A DNA stretch of 64,000 nt from Patescibacteria group bacterium (lineage in GTDB: Bacteria > Patescibacteriota > Patescibacteriia > Patescibacteriales > GWC2-42-12): assembly GCA_028707005.1 (NCBI GenBank), contig JAQTVB010000002.1:121-64120 (forward strand). The letters run 5' to 3'. The notes beneath the pieces are model-generated. The model did not search any database. It was given only the letters and a program-made list of their open reading frames with translations, and was not told the origin of the DNA. Positions 9,842 to 19,131 of the stretch are shown in pieces. The translations under genes and the position numbers were made by a program. The number at the start of each line of letters is the position of its first letter. Within the stretch, counting starts at the first letter, position 1.

Positions 9842-11548
9842 ATGAAAGACAGAGCGAAAGCGTCTTTGATAAAATCCAATATGTCCATCAAACGGGTGAT
9901 GGAAATAATTGAGAATTCAAAACGGATAGCCCCAGAGACTCCGGGGGGCATCGCCTTGGCCGTTGACAAAAAAAATAAATTGATTGGTTTGGTGACGGAT
10001 GGCGACATCCGCCGGGCATTGCTGGCCGGCGCCGATGTTAATTCCGAAATTAATGATATTATTAATCGGCAGCCGATTGTATTTGACAATGATTTGACTT
10101 ATAGCGAGATGCTTAATCAGACAATCGAGGGGATCAACCGGGGACACACCAAAACCAAGAGATTGGAAGTGCTGGTTACCGTGGATAAAAAGGGCAGGCC
10201 GTATGATATCTTTTCTTTTTTTGAGCTGTGGTGCAACTCGGAGGTGCGGACCAGGATCGTTTCTATCGTCGGACTTGGCTATGTCGGACTTACTCTCGGC
10301 TTTGTTTTGGCTGACTGCGGATTTAAAATAATCGGGGTGGACGAGAACAAGCAGATAGTGGAAAATCTTAGAAAAAAAAAGATTCATATTCATGAAGAAG
10401 GCATTGAAAATTATTTGGACAGGTATTTGAATAAGAGATTTTATGTTAAGCATAATTTTGACAGCAACGAGAGCGATGTTTATATAATCTGCGTCGGCAC
10501 CCCGATTGATAAATACGGCAAAGTTGACGATCGGCCGCTCAAGAAAGCCCTGTCTTATATCTCCGGTCTTTTAAAAAAGAATGATTTGATAATATTGCGT
10601 TCCACCGTGGCGATAGGAACTTGCCGTAATTTAGTGGTCAAAACCATAGAGAAGGAAACCAAGTTAAAAGCCGGTGAAGATTTTTTTGTCGCTTTCGCTC
10701 CCGAGAGAACGATTGAAGGCGACGCCTTGAATGAATTAAGAAGCTTGCCGCAAGTAATCGGCGGGTATGATAAAAAAAGCGCAGATTTAACCGTTAAGCT
10801 GTTTAATAATTTAACCAGTTCCGTTGTTCTGGTTGACAGTCTTGAGGGCGCCGAGATAGTTAAGCTGTTGAATAACACTTACCGCGACTTAACCTTTTCT
10901 TTCGCCAACGAAGTGGCTCTGATTTGCGATAAGTTCGGTTTAAACAGCTATGATATTATTCAGGCGGCCAATTACGGTTATGAACGCTCTTTAATTCCCA
11001 AACCAAGTCCGGGGGTAGGAGGTTATTGCCTTACCAAAGATCCTTATATTTTGTCCGAATCGGCCAGGAGCCACGGCTATAGACCTAAACTGCCGATCAT
11101 CTCCAGGGCGGTAAACGACGGTATGATAGATTATGTGGCGGACATTGTGGAACGGTTTGCCAAAAGCAACGGTAAAAAGAAAAATATGAAAATATTCGTG
11201 GCCGGGCTGGCTTTTAAAGGCGAGCCGGAAACCGACGATATGAGATATTCAACTTCAGTGGAGATCATTAAAAAACTTAAAAAACGGTATAAAAATATTT
11301 TTGTTCATGATCCCGTCGTGAGCGAAAGGAATATTAGAAGGGCCGGATTTAAATATTCCAGCGTAAGAGACGGTTTTAGATCGGCTGATTGCGTATTGAT
11401 TTTGAATAATCACAATTCATATTTAGATTTTAATATTTATCAATTGGCCAATACCATGAAGAAGCCCGGCTTGCTTTTTGACGCCTGGCATATTTTTGGA
11501 AAAATCGTCTCTAAGCCCATTGATCGCGTTTATTATCGCGGCGTATAA
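9842..11548 (+). CDS. CBS-pair domain fused to a nucleotide-sugar dehydrogenase (UDP-glucose/GDP-mannose dehydrogenase family)
   Basis: 568 aa. The N-terminal ~130 aa look like a CBS pair (GLVTDGDIRRAL). These are followed by a GLGYVGL NAD fold and a GGYCLTKDP catalytic Cys motif. Confidence 0.8.
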   Translation: MKDRAKASLIKSNMSIKRVMEIIENSKRIAPETPGGIALAVDKKNKLIGLVTDGDIRRALLAGADVNSEINDIINRQPIVFDNDLTYSEMLNQTIEGINRGHTKTKRLEVLVTVDKKGRPYDIFSFFELWCNSEVRTRIVSIVGLGYVGLTLGFVLADCGFKIIGVDENKQIVENLRKKKIHIHEEGIENYLDRYLNKRFYVKHNFDSNESDVYIICVGTPIDKYGKVDDRPLKKALSYISGLLKKNDLIILRSTVAIGTCRNLVVKTIEKETKLKAGEDFFVAFAPERTIEGDALNELRSLPQVIGGYDKKSADLTVKLFNNLTSSVVLVDSLEGAEIVKLLNNTYRDLTFSFANEVALICDKFGLNSYDIIQAANYGYERSLIPKPSPGVGGYCLTKDPYILSESARSHGYRPKLPIISRAVNDGMIDYVADIVERFAKSNGKKKNMKIFVAGLAFKGEPETDDMRYSTSVEIIKKLKKRYKNIFVHDPVVSERNIRRAGFKYSSVRDGFRSADCVLILNNHNSYLDFNIYQLANTMKKPGLLFDAWHIFGKIVSKPIDRVYYRGV

Positions 11549-11576
11549 ATATTGCCAAGTAATTAACTCAATCCGC

Positions 11577-12734
11577 ATGAAATACATTATTTTGAATTTC
11601 GCTTATGGTTTTGGCCCGTTTTTGCGAACGACTGAATTGGCTTTAGCGGTTAACGATTTGCTTGAGGAAAAAACCGGTACGCGGTTTGGAATTATCGTCC
11701 CCTGGGTCTACGGAGAAAAACAGAAAAAGATTATGATTGAGGAATTCGGCAAAATAATCGCCGAGCGCTCGGAAGAGATTTTACTTGACGAAACTTTGGG
11801 CGGTTATTTGAAGTCGGTTTTTTACGGAGAGAAAAGCTATGAAGAATCGCTTAAATTTCATTTGGAAAATTATAAAAAAATACAGAAAAAGATAGACGAG
11901 TATTTTAAAGAAAACCTTAAGGTCGAAACTTTCTCCGGCAAGAAAATAATACTCGCCCGCCGGGAGATAGCTTTGACCATAACGCGCGCGCCCAGAATCA
12001 ATTTTCCGGTTAAGCCCGCTTATTTGGCCAGTTTTGCCTATATTTCAGAAATTTTGGAACGCGGCCTGGCAGTTAAAGAAATTACGGCCGGAAAAAAATT
12101 GTTTGAAAAGATGATTCCGATTTATAAAAAAATTGAAGCCGGCCATGATCTTCATTTTATCGCCGAGCCGTCAACTTTTTCATATTTGCAAGACCGCCGG
12201 CCGCGTTTTAAAACAGAAATTTTGACGCCGCCGAACGCCGCCTTGCCGGCGCGGACGGAATATCAGGGGTTAAAGCAGGGGATTTATGTTACGATTACCG
12301 GCATTCCGGGACAGGAGCGGCTTTTCCAAGAGGCGCGGCAGATAGGGTTGAAACTGTATGCCAACCAGCCGGAAAAAATTGCCGGCAGCGAAAAAGCTCT
12401 GCCCAATATTATTTATAGCTCGGAAATTCTTTTGCATTTTGCCCGTAGCGGCTGGGGTTCGGTCTGGCTGTCTTTATTCACCGGGGTTCCCTTGATCGCG
12501 CCTGATTATGATAAAAACGACGATCCGGAAATATATTTTAATAATTTATGTTTGGAAAAAATCGGCTTGGGAAAAATTTATCGCGGACAGCCGTTGGAGG
12601 AATTGTTGGATTTTAAGGCGGAGTACCGAAAGAATGTTAAAAAAATGAATCAGTATTTGATGGATAAATATAAAACAACCGACGGCGTTAAATATACCGC
12701 CGAAAAGATCATTAATGATTATTTAAAAATATGA
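11577..12734 (+). CDS. hypothetical protein, possibly GT-B fold (MurG/PseG-like)
   Basis: The ORF-track frame starts at 11478 but overlaps the upstream gene. The ATG at 11577 (MKYIILNFAYGFGP) lies just after the upstream stop. The C-terminal SGWGSVWLSLFTGVPLI resembles the GT28 C-terminal region. Confidence 0.4.
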   Translation: MKYIILNFAYGFGPFLRTTELALAVNDLLEEKTGTRFGIIVPWVYGEKQKKIMIEEFGKIIAERSEEILLDETLGGYLKSVFYGEKSYEESLKFHLENYKKIQKKIDEYFKENLKVETFSGKKIILARREIALTITRAPRINFPVKPAYLASFAYISEILERGLAVKEITAGKKLFEKMIPIYKKIEAGHDLHFIAEPSTFSYLQDRRPRFKTEILTPPNAALPARTEYQGLKQGIYVTITGIPGQERLFQEARQIGLKLYANQPEKIAGSEKALPNIIYSSEILLHFARSGWGSVWLSLFTGVPLIAPDYDKNDDPEIYFNNLCLEKIGLGKIYRGQPLEELLDFKAEYRKNVKKMNQYLMDKYKTTDGVKYTAEKIINDYLKI

Positions 12735-12807
12735 CGACAACAAACGCGATAAAAAATTTAGATTACAAAAAATATTGCCTAGACAATAAAATAAATGAAC
12801 TTTTTTT

Positions 12808-13776
12808 ATGACAAAAATTATCGCCGAAGTTTGCCAAAACCACTTGGGCGACCGGGAGATACTCGGCCGGATGATTAAGGAGGCGGCCGTGGCCGGCGCC
12901 GATTATGTTAAAGGGCAAATAATTTTTGCCGAAGATTTGACTAATCGGGAAAGGTTTGATGATGGTTATATTAAAAACAATGGAGTAGTTAAGACCATTA
13001 AGCGGCCTTATGCGCAGGAGTATGAAAGACTCGCCAAACTTGATTTGGCTGAAGATGATTATAAGTGGTTTATTGATGAAGCGGTAAAAAATAAAATCGT
13101 ACCTTTAATGACGATATTTTCCCGAAAAAGAATTGAATTTGCCGCTAAGCTTCCTTGGCCGGAAAAAATTGTTAAAGTTGCCAGCTATGACTGTGCCAGC
13201 CACGCGATGATAAAAGAATTATGCGATGTTTTTGATCATTTGATTGTTTCTACGGGCGCGACTACTGACGAGGAAATAATTGAAACCGTGAAAATCATAA
13301 AAGACAAGGGCAAAAAAGCCACCTTTTTGCATTGCGTGACCAGCTATCCCAACACGCTTGAGATGTGTAATTTCGCCCGGTTAAAATGGTTAAAAAATTA
13401 CAGCGATCAGGTTGGCTGGTCGGATCATACCAAGGTTGAAAACGACGGCCTTAAAGCCTCGATGATCGCCGCGATGTTCGGCGCCGATTACATTGAAAGG
13501 CATTTTACGTCTTTAAACAAAAGTGAAACCAAGGATGGACCGATTTCCTTGAACGTGGAAGAGTTAAGGAGATTGGTGGATTTTTGCCGGTTGCCTCGAG
13601 CGGAACAGAGCCAGAGAGTTGAGGCGGAAATGCCGGAATGGCGGATTGCCGTCGGCCAGGAAAAGAGAAAATTAACGCATGAAGAAATGCTAAATCGCGA
13701 TTATTATCGCGGACGCTTCGCCTCCCGCGTTGGCGATAAATGGATATATAACTGGGAAGATAAAGCAATTAACTAA
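12808..13776 (+). CDS. NeuB-family (sialic/nonulosonic acid synthase-like) TIM-barrel protein lacking an obvious SAF domain
   Basis: 322 aa. The N-terminal IIAEVCQNHLGD...AGADYVKGQ pattern is typical of NeuB/SpsE. The C-terminus differs from the SAF tail seen at 1-171. Confidence 0.7.
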   Translation: MTKIIAEVCQNHLGDREILGRMIKEAAVAGADYVKGQIIFAEDLTNRERFDDGYIKNNGVVKTIKRPYAQEYERLAKLDLAEDDYKWFIDEAVKNKIVPLMTIFSRKRIEFAAKLPWPEKIVKVASYDCASHAMIKELCDVFDHLIVSTGATTDEEIIETVKIIKDKGKKATFLHCVTSYPNTLEMCNFARLKWLKNYSDQVGWSDHTKVENDGLKASMIAAMFGADYIERHFTSLNKSETKDGPISLNVEELRRLVDFCRLPRAEQSQRVEAEMPEWRIAVGQEKRKLTHEEMLNRDYYRGRFASRVGDKWIYNWEDKAIN

Positions 13777-13789
13777 TTTTAAAATATTT

Positions 13790-14515
13790 ATGTATCAGGG
13801 AAAAAAAATATTAGGCATTACCATGGCTCGAGGCGGTTCAAAGAGCATATCAAGAAAGAATATCAAGCCGCTGGGCGGTAAGCCGTTAATCGCTTATGCC
13901 ATCAAGGCGGCGCTCAACAGCAAATACCTGACGAAATACATTGTTTCTTCCGATGACGCGGAAATTATTGAAGTGGCTAAAAGCCTTGGCGCTGAAGCGC
14001 CGTTTGTCCGGCCGGTTTCATTAGCGCAAGATGACACTCCGGATATTCCGGTGCTGCAGCACGCTGTTAATTGGCTTAAAGAAAATTTGAACGAAGAATA
14101 TGATTATATTATGATGCTTCATCCGACCGCGCCTCTGCGGCTCGGCTCCCATCTTGACGATTGCATTAAAAAAATCGTTGACAGCGGCGCGGATTCGGTA
14201 ATGGCCATGAAAGAATTGCCGGATTTTTCCTTAAAAAAATTGAAAAAAATTGAAGACGATTTAATACTGCCCCTACTGGAAGAAGAAGGCGCCTTTACCG
14301 CCCGGCGCCAAGACGCGCCAGCTAAAGTTTACAAGAGGAATTGCGCCATTTATTTAACGAGAAGAGATTTGATAATGGCCGGCAATTTGTTCGGCCGAAT
14401 TTCCCGGCCGTACATCATGAGCGAGGAGTGGAGCGTTGACATAAACGGTTTGGTTGATTTTGAAATCGCCGAGTTCAAGATTAAAAAATTAAGAGCCAAA
14501 GGTTATGACATATAA
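13790..14515 (+). CDS. acylneuraminate cytidylyltransferase (CMP-nonulosonic acid synthetase, NeuA-like)
   Basis: An internal ATG at 13790 avoids overlap with the upstream gene. Motifs: ITMARGGSKSISRKNIKPLGGKPLI and HPTAPLR. Confidence 0.8.
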   Translation: MYQGKKILGITMARGGSKSISRKNIKPLGGKPLIAYAIKAALNSKYLTKYIVSSDDAEIIEVAKSLGAEAPFVRPVSLAQDDTPDIPVLQHAVNWLKENLNEEYDYIMMLHPTAPLRLGSHLDDCIKKIVDSGADSVMAMKELPDFSLKKLKKIEDDLILPLLEEEGAFTARRQDAPAKVYKRNCAIYLTRRDLIMAGNLFGRISRPYIMSEEWSVDINGLVDFEIAEFKIKKLRAKGYDI

Positions 14516-15467
14516 ATTGCTTAATACCACGGGTAAAAATTTAGCGGCTGGAGCGAGAAAGATTTTAAAAAAATATTGCGCGATTGACGATATTGAGACT
14601 GACCAGAAATTACTTTTGAAAAAAATTTCTGATTATGAAATATTATTTGTCCAACTTGGTTTGCATATCAATCGGGCGGTAATGGCTAGGGGAGCCAAAC
14701 TGAAAATTATCGCTTCGCCAACCACGGGCTTGGACCATATTGATTTGGCTTACGCGGCCAAGCGGGGCATAAAAATTTTAAGCTTGCGCGGGGAAACGGA
14801 ATTTTTGAGTACGATTACCGGCACGGCTGAACTGGCGTTTGGCTTGATGATTGATTTAATGCGGCTGAACCCTTTTGCTTTTGATGCGGTAAAGAATTAT
14901 GAATGGGACAAAGTAAAATTCAAAGGGCATAATTTATATGGCCAGACCCTAGGGATCGTTGGCTTGGGCCGGCTGGGCAAGTGGCTGGCCAGATACGGCA
15001 ATGCTTTTAACATGAGAGTGATAGCTTGCGATCCGCTGGTAAGCGACGATGTTTTTAAAAAATTTAACGCGACCAAGGTTGATTTTGATACTCTGGTTAA
15101 AAATAGCGATGTAATTTCTCTTCATGTCCATTTAAGCCCGGCAACGGAGAAGATGTTTAATAAACAAGTATTCGCCAAAATGAAACCGAGCGCCTATTTA
15201 ATTAATACCGCTCGCGGTAAAATTGTGGACGAGCAAGATCTGCTCATGGCGTTGAAAAATAAAATGATTGCCGGCTATGCCGCGGACGGCTTGGCCGGAG
15301 AAGTGGAATTCGCCTCCGGTTTTAGCAATTATCCCTTAGTGGAATACGCCAAGAAAAATAACAATTGTATTATCGTTCCGCATACCGGCGGTATGACTTA
15401 TGAATCTCGGGAGGCCACGGATATTTTTATCGCCAACAAAATTGTTAATTATTTAAAAAATAAATAA
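14505..15467 (+). CDS. D-isomer-specific 2-hydroxyacid dehydrogenase (PGDH-like)
   Basis: 320 aa. Contains a GIVGLGRLG NAD motif, NTARG and a catalytic PHTGG context. Confidence 0.8.
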   Translation: MTYKLLNTTGKNLAAGARKILKKYCAIDDIETDQKLLLKKISDYEILFVQLGLHINRAVMARGAKLKIIASPTTGLDHIDLAYAAKRGIKILSLRGETEFLSTITGTAELAFGLMIDLMRLNPFAFDAVKNYEWDKVKFKGHNLYGQTLGIVGLGRLGKWLARYGNAFNMRVIACDPLVSDDVFKKFNATKVDFDTLVKNSDVISLHVHLSPATEKMFNKQVFAKMKPSAYLINTARGKIVDEQDLLMALKNKMIAGYAADGLAGEVEFASGFSNYPLVEYAKKNNNCIIVPHTGGMTYESREATDIFIANKIVNYLKNK

Positions 15468-15637
15468 CTAATTTAAAGTTAAGATAGGCGAAAAACCGAT
15501 CGCCGTATAATCTTATCGCGCATGCTTGATTTATTTTTAAAGTTATGTTTAAATATAATGTCAAACTTAATGTTTGGCCAAAACAAATTTGTTCCTTGGC
15601 AACAGAAAATTCAAAATAACAGAAAGGAGGTACGAAT

Positions 15638-16579
15638 ATGAATTTAAATGTGGGTGAAAAGTGGATGAAATGGACGCTTTATGAGGCGGGCACGAAAACT
15701 GCGGTTAAGATTTTGCAGAAAGTGGTGGGCAACATTAGCGCCAGTTTGGCGCATGTTTTTTTAGCCACTATGATTATTGGGTTAGTGCAGGTTATTACCG
15801 GATACGCGGCGGTGCGAATAAAAGGCATAAAGCTTATCGGAGACCGGGTGGACATTCTCGGTTCTTGTTTATCCGGTTTTTTCGCGGTGTTTGCTGTTGT
15901 TTTAGGTTGCGGCGTTTTTTACTACGACGGCGATATAGGAGTGAGTACTTTTATCATCGCTATATCAATTGTCCCGGGCGCTCTGATTGACAGGTTTTTT
16001 TTCAACCACCGGCTCAACCGGCGGGAGTGGTTAGGAGTAGCTGTTGCCATTCTTGCCGGTTACGCCATTCTTGGTTGGCCGTCGCTTAGCGAGTTTGCCA
16101 AACTGCCGCTTTGGGTCTGGCTATCATTTGGTGTAATGCTCTCCACCGCCATCAACCAGGGCATCACGCAGAAAGTCAAGAAGATTGATCCCTTTGTCAA
16201 GAACTTTTGGGGTGGACTAATCACCTTTTTACTTTGTGTGGTTATTCTTCTAGCGATTGGCAAAAGTTCCATCATCTTTGACTTCTCCGGTTCGACGCCA
16301 AAGCTTTGGGCGGTGTCCGCTCTCATCGGCCTGATCGTCGTGGGCATGTGGGCGTTTAACCTTTTAAGCTACAAGGGAGGCGCCAGCATCGCCATTAAGA
16401 AGCTGGTAATGTTTGGCACTTATCTTATTTCGACGATGATCTGCGGCATTCTTTTTTTTGGAGAGCCGGCCAGCGCCGACAAGGGAGTCGGAGTGATTCT
16501 GTACTTCGCCGCTTTTGCCCTTATGGACAAAGGAACTTGGGAATACATTTCCAGGTTATGGAACGGCATCAAGAATTAA
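15638..16579 (+). CDS. polytopic membrane protein (transporter-like, about 9-10 TM)
   Basis: 313 aa and very hydrophobic. A strong AAAGGAGG Shine-Dalgarno lies 7 nt upstream of the ATG. Confidence 0.6.
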   Translation: MNLNVGEKWMKWTLYEAGTKTAVKILQKVVGNISASLAHVFLATMIIGLVQVITGYAAVRIKGIKLIGDRVDILGSCLSGFFAVFAVVLGCGVFYYDGDIGVSTFIIAISIVPGALIDRFFFNHRLNRREWLGVAVAILAGYAILGWPSLSEFAKLPLWVWLSFGVMLSTAINQGITQKVKKIDPFVKNFWGGLITFLLCVVILLAIGKSSIIFDFSGSTPKLWAVSALIGLIVVGMWAFNLLSYKGGASIAIKKLVMFGTYLISTMICGILFFGEPASADKGVGVILYFAAFALMDKGTWEYISRLWNGIKN

Positions 16580-16580
16580 C

Positions 16581-16611
16581 GGGGTATCCTAAGGGGTACC
16601 CCCATTTTTTT
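16581..16611. terminator. hairpin plus T-run terminator between convergent genes
   Basis: GGGGTA...TACCCC stem followed by a T7 run, directly after the TAA at 16577-16579. Confidence 0.55.
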
Positions 16612-17959
16612 ACATGCCTTTGCTGGAGAGTACCGTGGCCACGGTTTTAAGTAAAATTGACAGATCCAAATAGACGGACCTGTTTTTTATATAGAAGAGA
16701 TCATATTGCAGTTTTTTTAAGCTATCGGCCTCGGACGGCGAATGATATTCGCCGGAAATTTGGTCAGAGCCGGTTAGGCCGGGTTTTACCAAAGTTCTTT
16801 GGCCGTAGAAGGGGATTTGCTTTTCCAGGGTCTCGGATAACTCCGGCCGTTCGGGCCGGGGGCCGACAAAACTCATTTCGCCGCGCAAAATATTTATCAC
16901 TTGCGGCAGTTCGTCAATCCGAGTTTTTCTTAAAAATCGTCCGAATTTGGTAATGCGCGAATCCCGGGCGCGGGTGGGCGAGCGGTCATTGCCTTCTTCT
17001 CTCATGGTGCGAAATTTTATTAATCTGAAGATTTTATTATTATGCCCCGCTCTGTCCATTATAAAGAAGATCGGTCCGCGGCTTTCCAGTTTTATTGCTA
17101 TGGCGATTATCAGCCAAAAGGGCAGAGTGATAATTAAGATAATTAAGGCAAAAATAAAATCATAAATTATTTTCAGGCGATCAAACCAGATTTTTTTATT
17201 TTCATTTAAATTCTCCAAAAACCACATTTGGTTGATGTTGTCCAGAGGAACTTTGCCGGTGATGGTTTCATAGAAATCAGGCAGGCTTACATAATTAACT
17301 CTATGGCGCAGGCAATTAAACAGCGCGATTCTTAAATTTTCCGATTGGTGGGGATCTTGAGATAAAATAATCGCATCCAAGCCGCCTCGGCTGATTAAAT
17401 TTTCCAATTCGGAGATCAGCTTGATCTCCGGGCCGTTTTTTGGATTTTTGTCGTCAACGATAAAATTGATATTAAAACCGAGATGAGGTTTTTGCTTAAA
17501 CTCTTTGATAATTTCCGCGACTAAATTATTGTAGCCGACAATGCCGATATTGTTTTTCGGCAGATACGATTTCAGCGACCAGTTATAAAAATTCCGCCAA
17601 AGATAAAAAAGAGCGGCGAAGACGATGATGAAAATGAACAAGTTTCTTTTTGGCGCGATGCCGATTTGCGGCAGTAAGTAAAAAAAAGCGGCTGAAATCA
17701 GGCCGGAGATAAGAATGGCTCGGCCGGCGGATTGATAAAATTTTAAATTATTAACCGCCAAATTCAGGCTGTACAAATTAGAGATATAAAAAACAATCAG
17801 CCATAAAATGAAAATCGCGGTAAACGGCCAGAAATGGTTTGACCAGATTTTTTCCGAATATCCCCCCCAGTATCTTGCCATTAAAGTAAGATACAAAGAA
17901 AAATAAAGGATGGCGACATCGCCTATAAGCAAGGCGATTTTTTTGAAATTATTATTCAT
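16610..17959 (-). CDS. polyprenyl-phosphate sugar phosphotransferase (WbaP/EpsB 'bacterial sugar transferase' family)
   Basis: 449 aa. N-terminal TM segments plus the conserved C-terminal KFRTM...DELPQ...GEMSFVGPRP domain. Confidence 0.85.
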   Translation of the reverse strand: MNNNFKKIALLIGDVAILYFSLYLTLMARYWGGYSEKIWSNHFWPFTAIFILWLIVFYISNLYSLNLAVNNLKFYQSAGRAILISGLISAAFFYLLPQIGIAPKRNLFIFIIVFAALFYLWRNFYNWSLKSYLPKNNIGIVGYNNLVAEIIKEFKQKPHLGFNINFIVDDKNPKNGPEIKLISELENLISRGGLDAIILSQDPHQSENLRIALFNCLRHRVNYVSLPDFYETITGKVPLDNINQMWFLENLNENKKIWFDRLKIIYDFIFALIILIITLPFWLIIAIAIKLESRGPIFFIMDRAGHNNKIFRLIKFRTMREEGNDRSPTRARDSRITKFGRFLRKTRIDELPQVINILRGEMSFVGPRPERPELSETLEKQIPFYGQRTLVKPGLTGSDQISGEYHSPSEADSLKKLQYDLFYIKNRSVYLDLSILLKTVATVLSSKGM

Positions 17960-17998
17960 GCCGTTATAATACTAATTTTAGAGAAAAAAGTCAACCCG

Positions 17999-18027
17999 TT
18001 GATAAAGGCAATTAATTTTGTTATAAT
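17999..18027 (+). promoter_or_regulatory. near-consensus sigma-70-type promoter of holB
   Basis: TTGATA (17999-18004), a 17-nt spacer, then TATAAT (18022-18027). The ATG at 18034 lies 7 nt after the -10 element. Confidence 0.5.
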
Positions 18028-18033
18028 GTGTTC

Positions 18034-19053
18034 ATGAAAACCAGCGGTATTAAATTAAACTGGCCTTTGATCGGTAATGACCATATTTTTGAGTTTTTAG
18101 CCAAAAGTTTAGCTAAAAAAAATGTTTCCGGCAGCTTTATTTTTAGCGGACCGGCCAATATCGGAAAAACCACGGCCGCTTATTACTTTGCCCAAAGCTT
18201 GGTTTGCGAAGCCAAAGATTCCCCGGTTTTACCTTGCGGTCAGTGTCCGTCATGCCAGCAAGCGGTTAAAGGCATTCATGGCGATATTTATTTAATCAAA
18301 AAGCCGGCCGACAAAAAAAATATTTCCATTGAACAGGTAAGGGATTTCATCAGAAGTTTAAGTTTGAGTTCATTTTTAAATTCCTATAAAATCGGCATTA
18401 TTAAGGGCGCGGAACATCTGAGCGAAAGCGCGGTTAACGCTTTGCTGAAAACTCTGGAAGAGCCAAAGGCCAAGGTAGTGGTAATTTTAACCGTAACTGA
18501 TTTTGAAGTTTTGCCGGAAACCATTATTTCCCGCAGCCAAATTTTAAGGTTTAGGCCCGCGACCGGCGACGCCATTTATGACGATTTGGTAAAGAATCAC
18601 CGGGCTTCACGAAGCCAGGCGAAAAATTTTTCTCGCCTGGCGGCCGGCCGGCCGGCTCTGGCTTTAAAATTTTTGCAGGACGAGAGCTATTACCAAGATT
18701 ATGAAGCCGATGTGCGATCGTTTATGGATTTTTTGAATCCTGACCTGAATCAGCGCTTCAAAGCAATTGAAAATATCATGGGAGAAAAGCCTGGCGGCCA
18801 GGAGTCGGTCAAGTCGGCCGGAAAAATAATTGACATTTGGCAGAATTTAGCCAGAGATTTGGTGCTGTTGGAGCTGGACCTGGTTGATTTGGTTCAGCAT
18901 CAAGCTTTCAGCAAAGAATTGGCGGCTTCAAAGAACAAACTGAGCTTGAAATCACTGTTAAATTTAATCAGCGCTTTAAAGCAAGCCAAGGGGTATATCG
19001 GCGCTAACGTCAATCCGAAATTAGCGCTAGAGAATGTGGCGGTAAGCGTGTAG
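18034..19053 (+). CDS. holB: DNA polymerase III delta-prime subunit
   Basis: Contains GPANIGKTT (P-loop-like), a CGQCPSCQQ zinc module and the SRSQILRF sensor motif. I chose the ATG at 18034 over the GTG at 18028. Confidence 0.75.
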   Translation: MKTSGIKLNWPLIGNDHIFEFLAKSLAKKNVSGSFIFSGPANIGKTTAAYYFAQSLVCEAKDSPVLPCGQCPSCQQAVKGIHGDIYLIKKPADKKNISIEQVRDFIRSLSLSSFLNSYKIGIIKGAEHLSESAVNALLKTLEEPKAKVVVILTVTDFEVLPETIISRSQILRFRPATGDAIYDDLVKNHRASRSQAKNFSRLAAGRPALALKFLQDESYYQDYEADVRSFMDFLNPDLNQRFKAIENIMGEKPGGQESVKSAGKIIDIWQNLARDLVLLELDLVDLVQHQAFSKELAASKNKLSLKSLLNLISALKQAKGYIGANVNPKLALENVAVSV

Positions 19054-19131
19054 AATTTTTAATTAAATAATATAACAGGAACTGCCAAATTTTAAAATTT
19101 TGGCGCTGATTTAAAAATTAAGTTCAAGTTT

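Noticed and set aside
11478-11576. The upstream start for ORF 11478-12734, and the similar upstream starts at 13730, 22459, 29678, 44755 and 49722.
   Set aside because: Each extension overlaps the preceding gene or a repeat element. An internal ATG placed just after the upstream stop gives a conventional N-terminus.
15565-15600. The palindrome TTGGCCAAAACAAATTTGTTCCTTGGCAA in the leader of the membrane-protein gene, as an operator or riboswitch.
   Set aside because: It has only a 12-bp perfect core (AACAAATTTGTT) in AT-rich DNA. There is no recognisable riboswitch architecture and no adjacent regulator gene.
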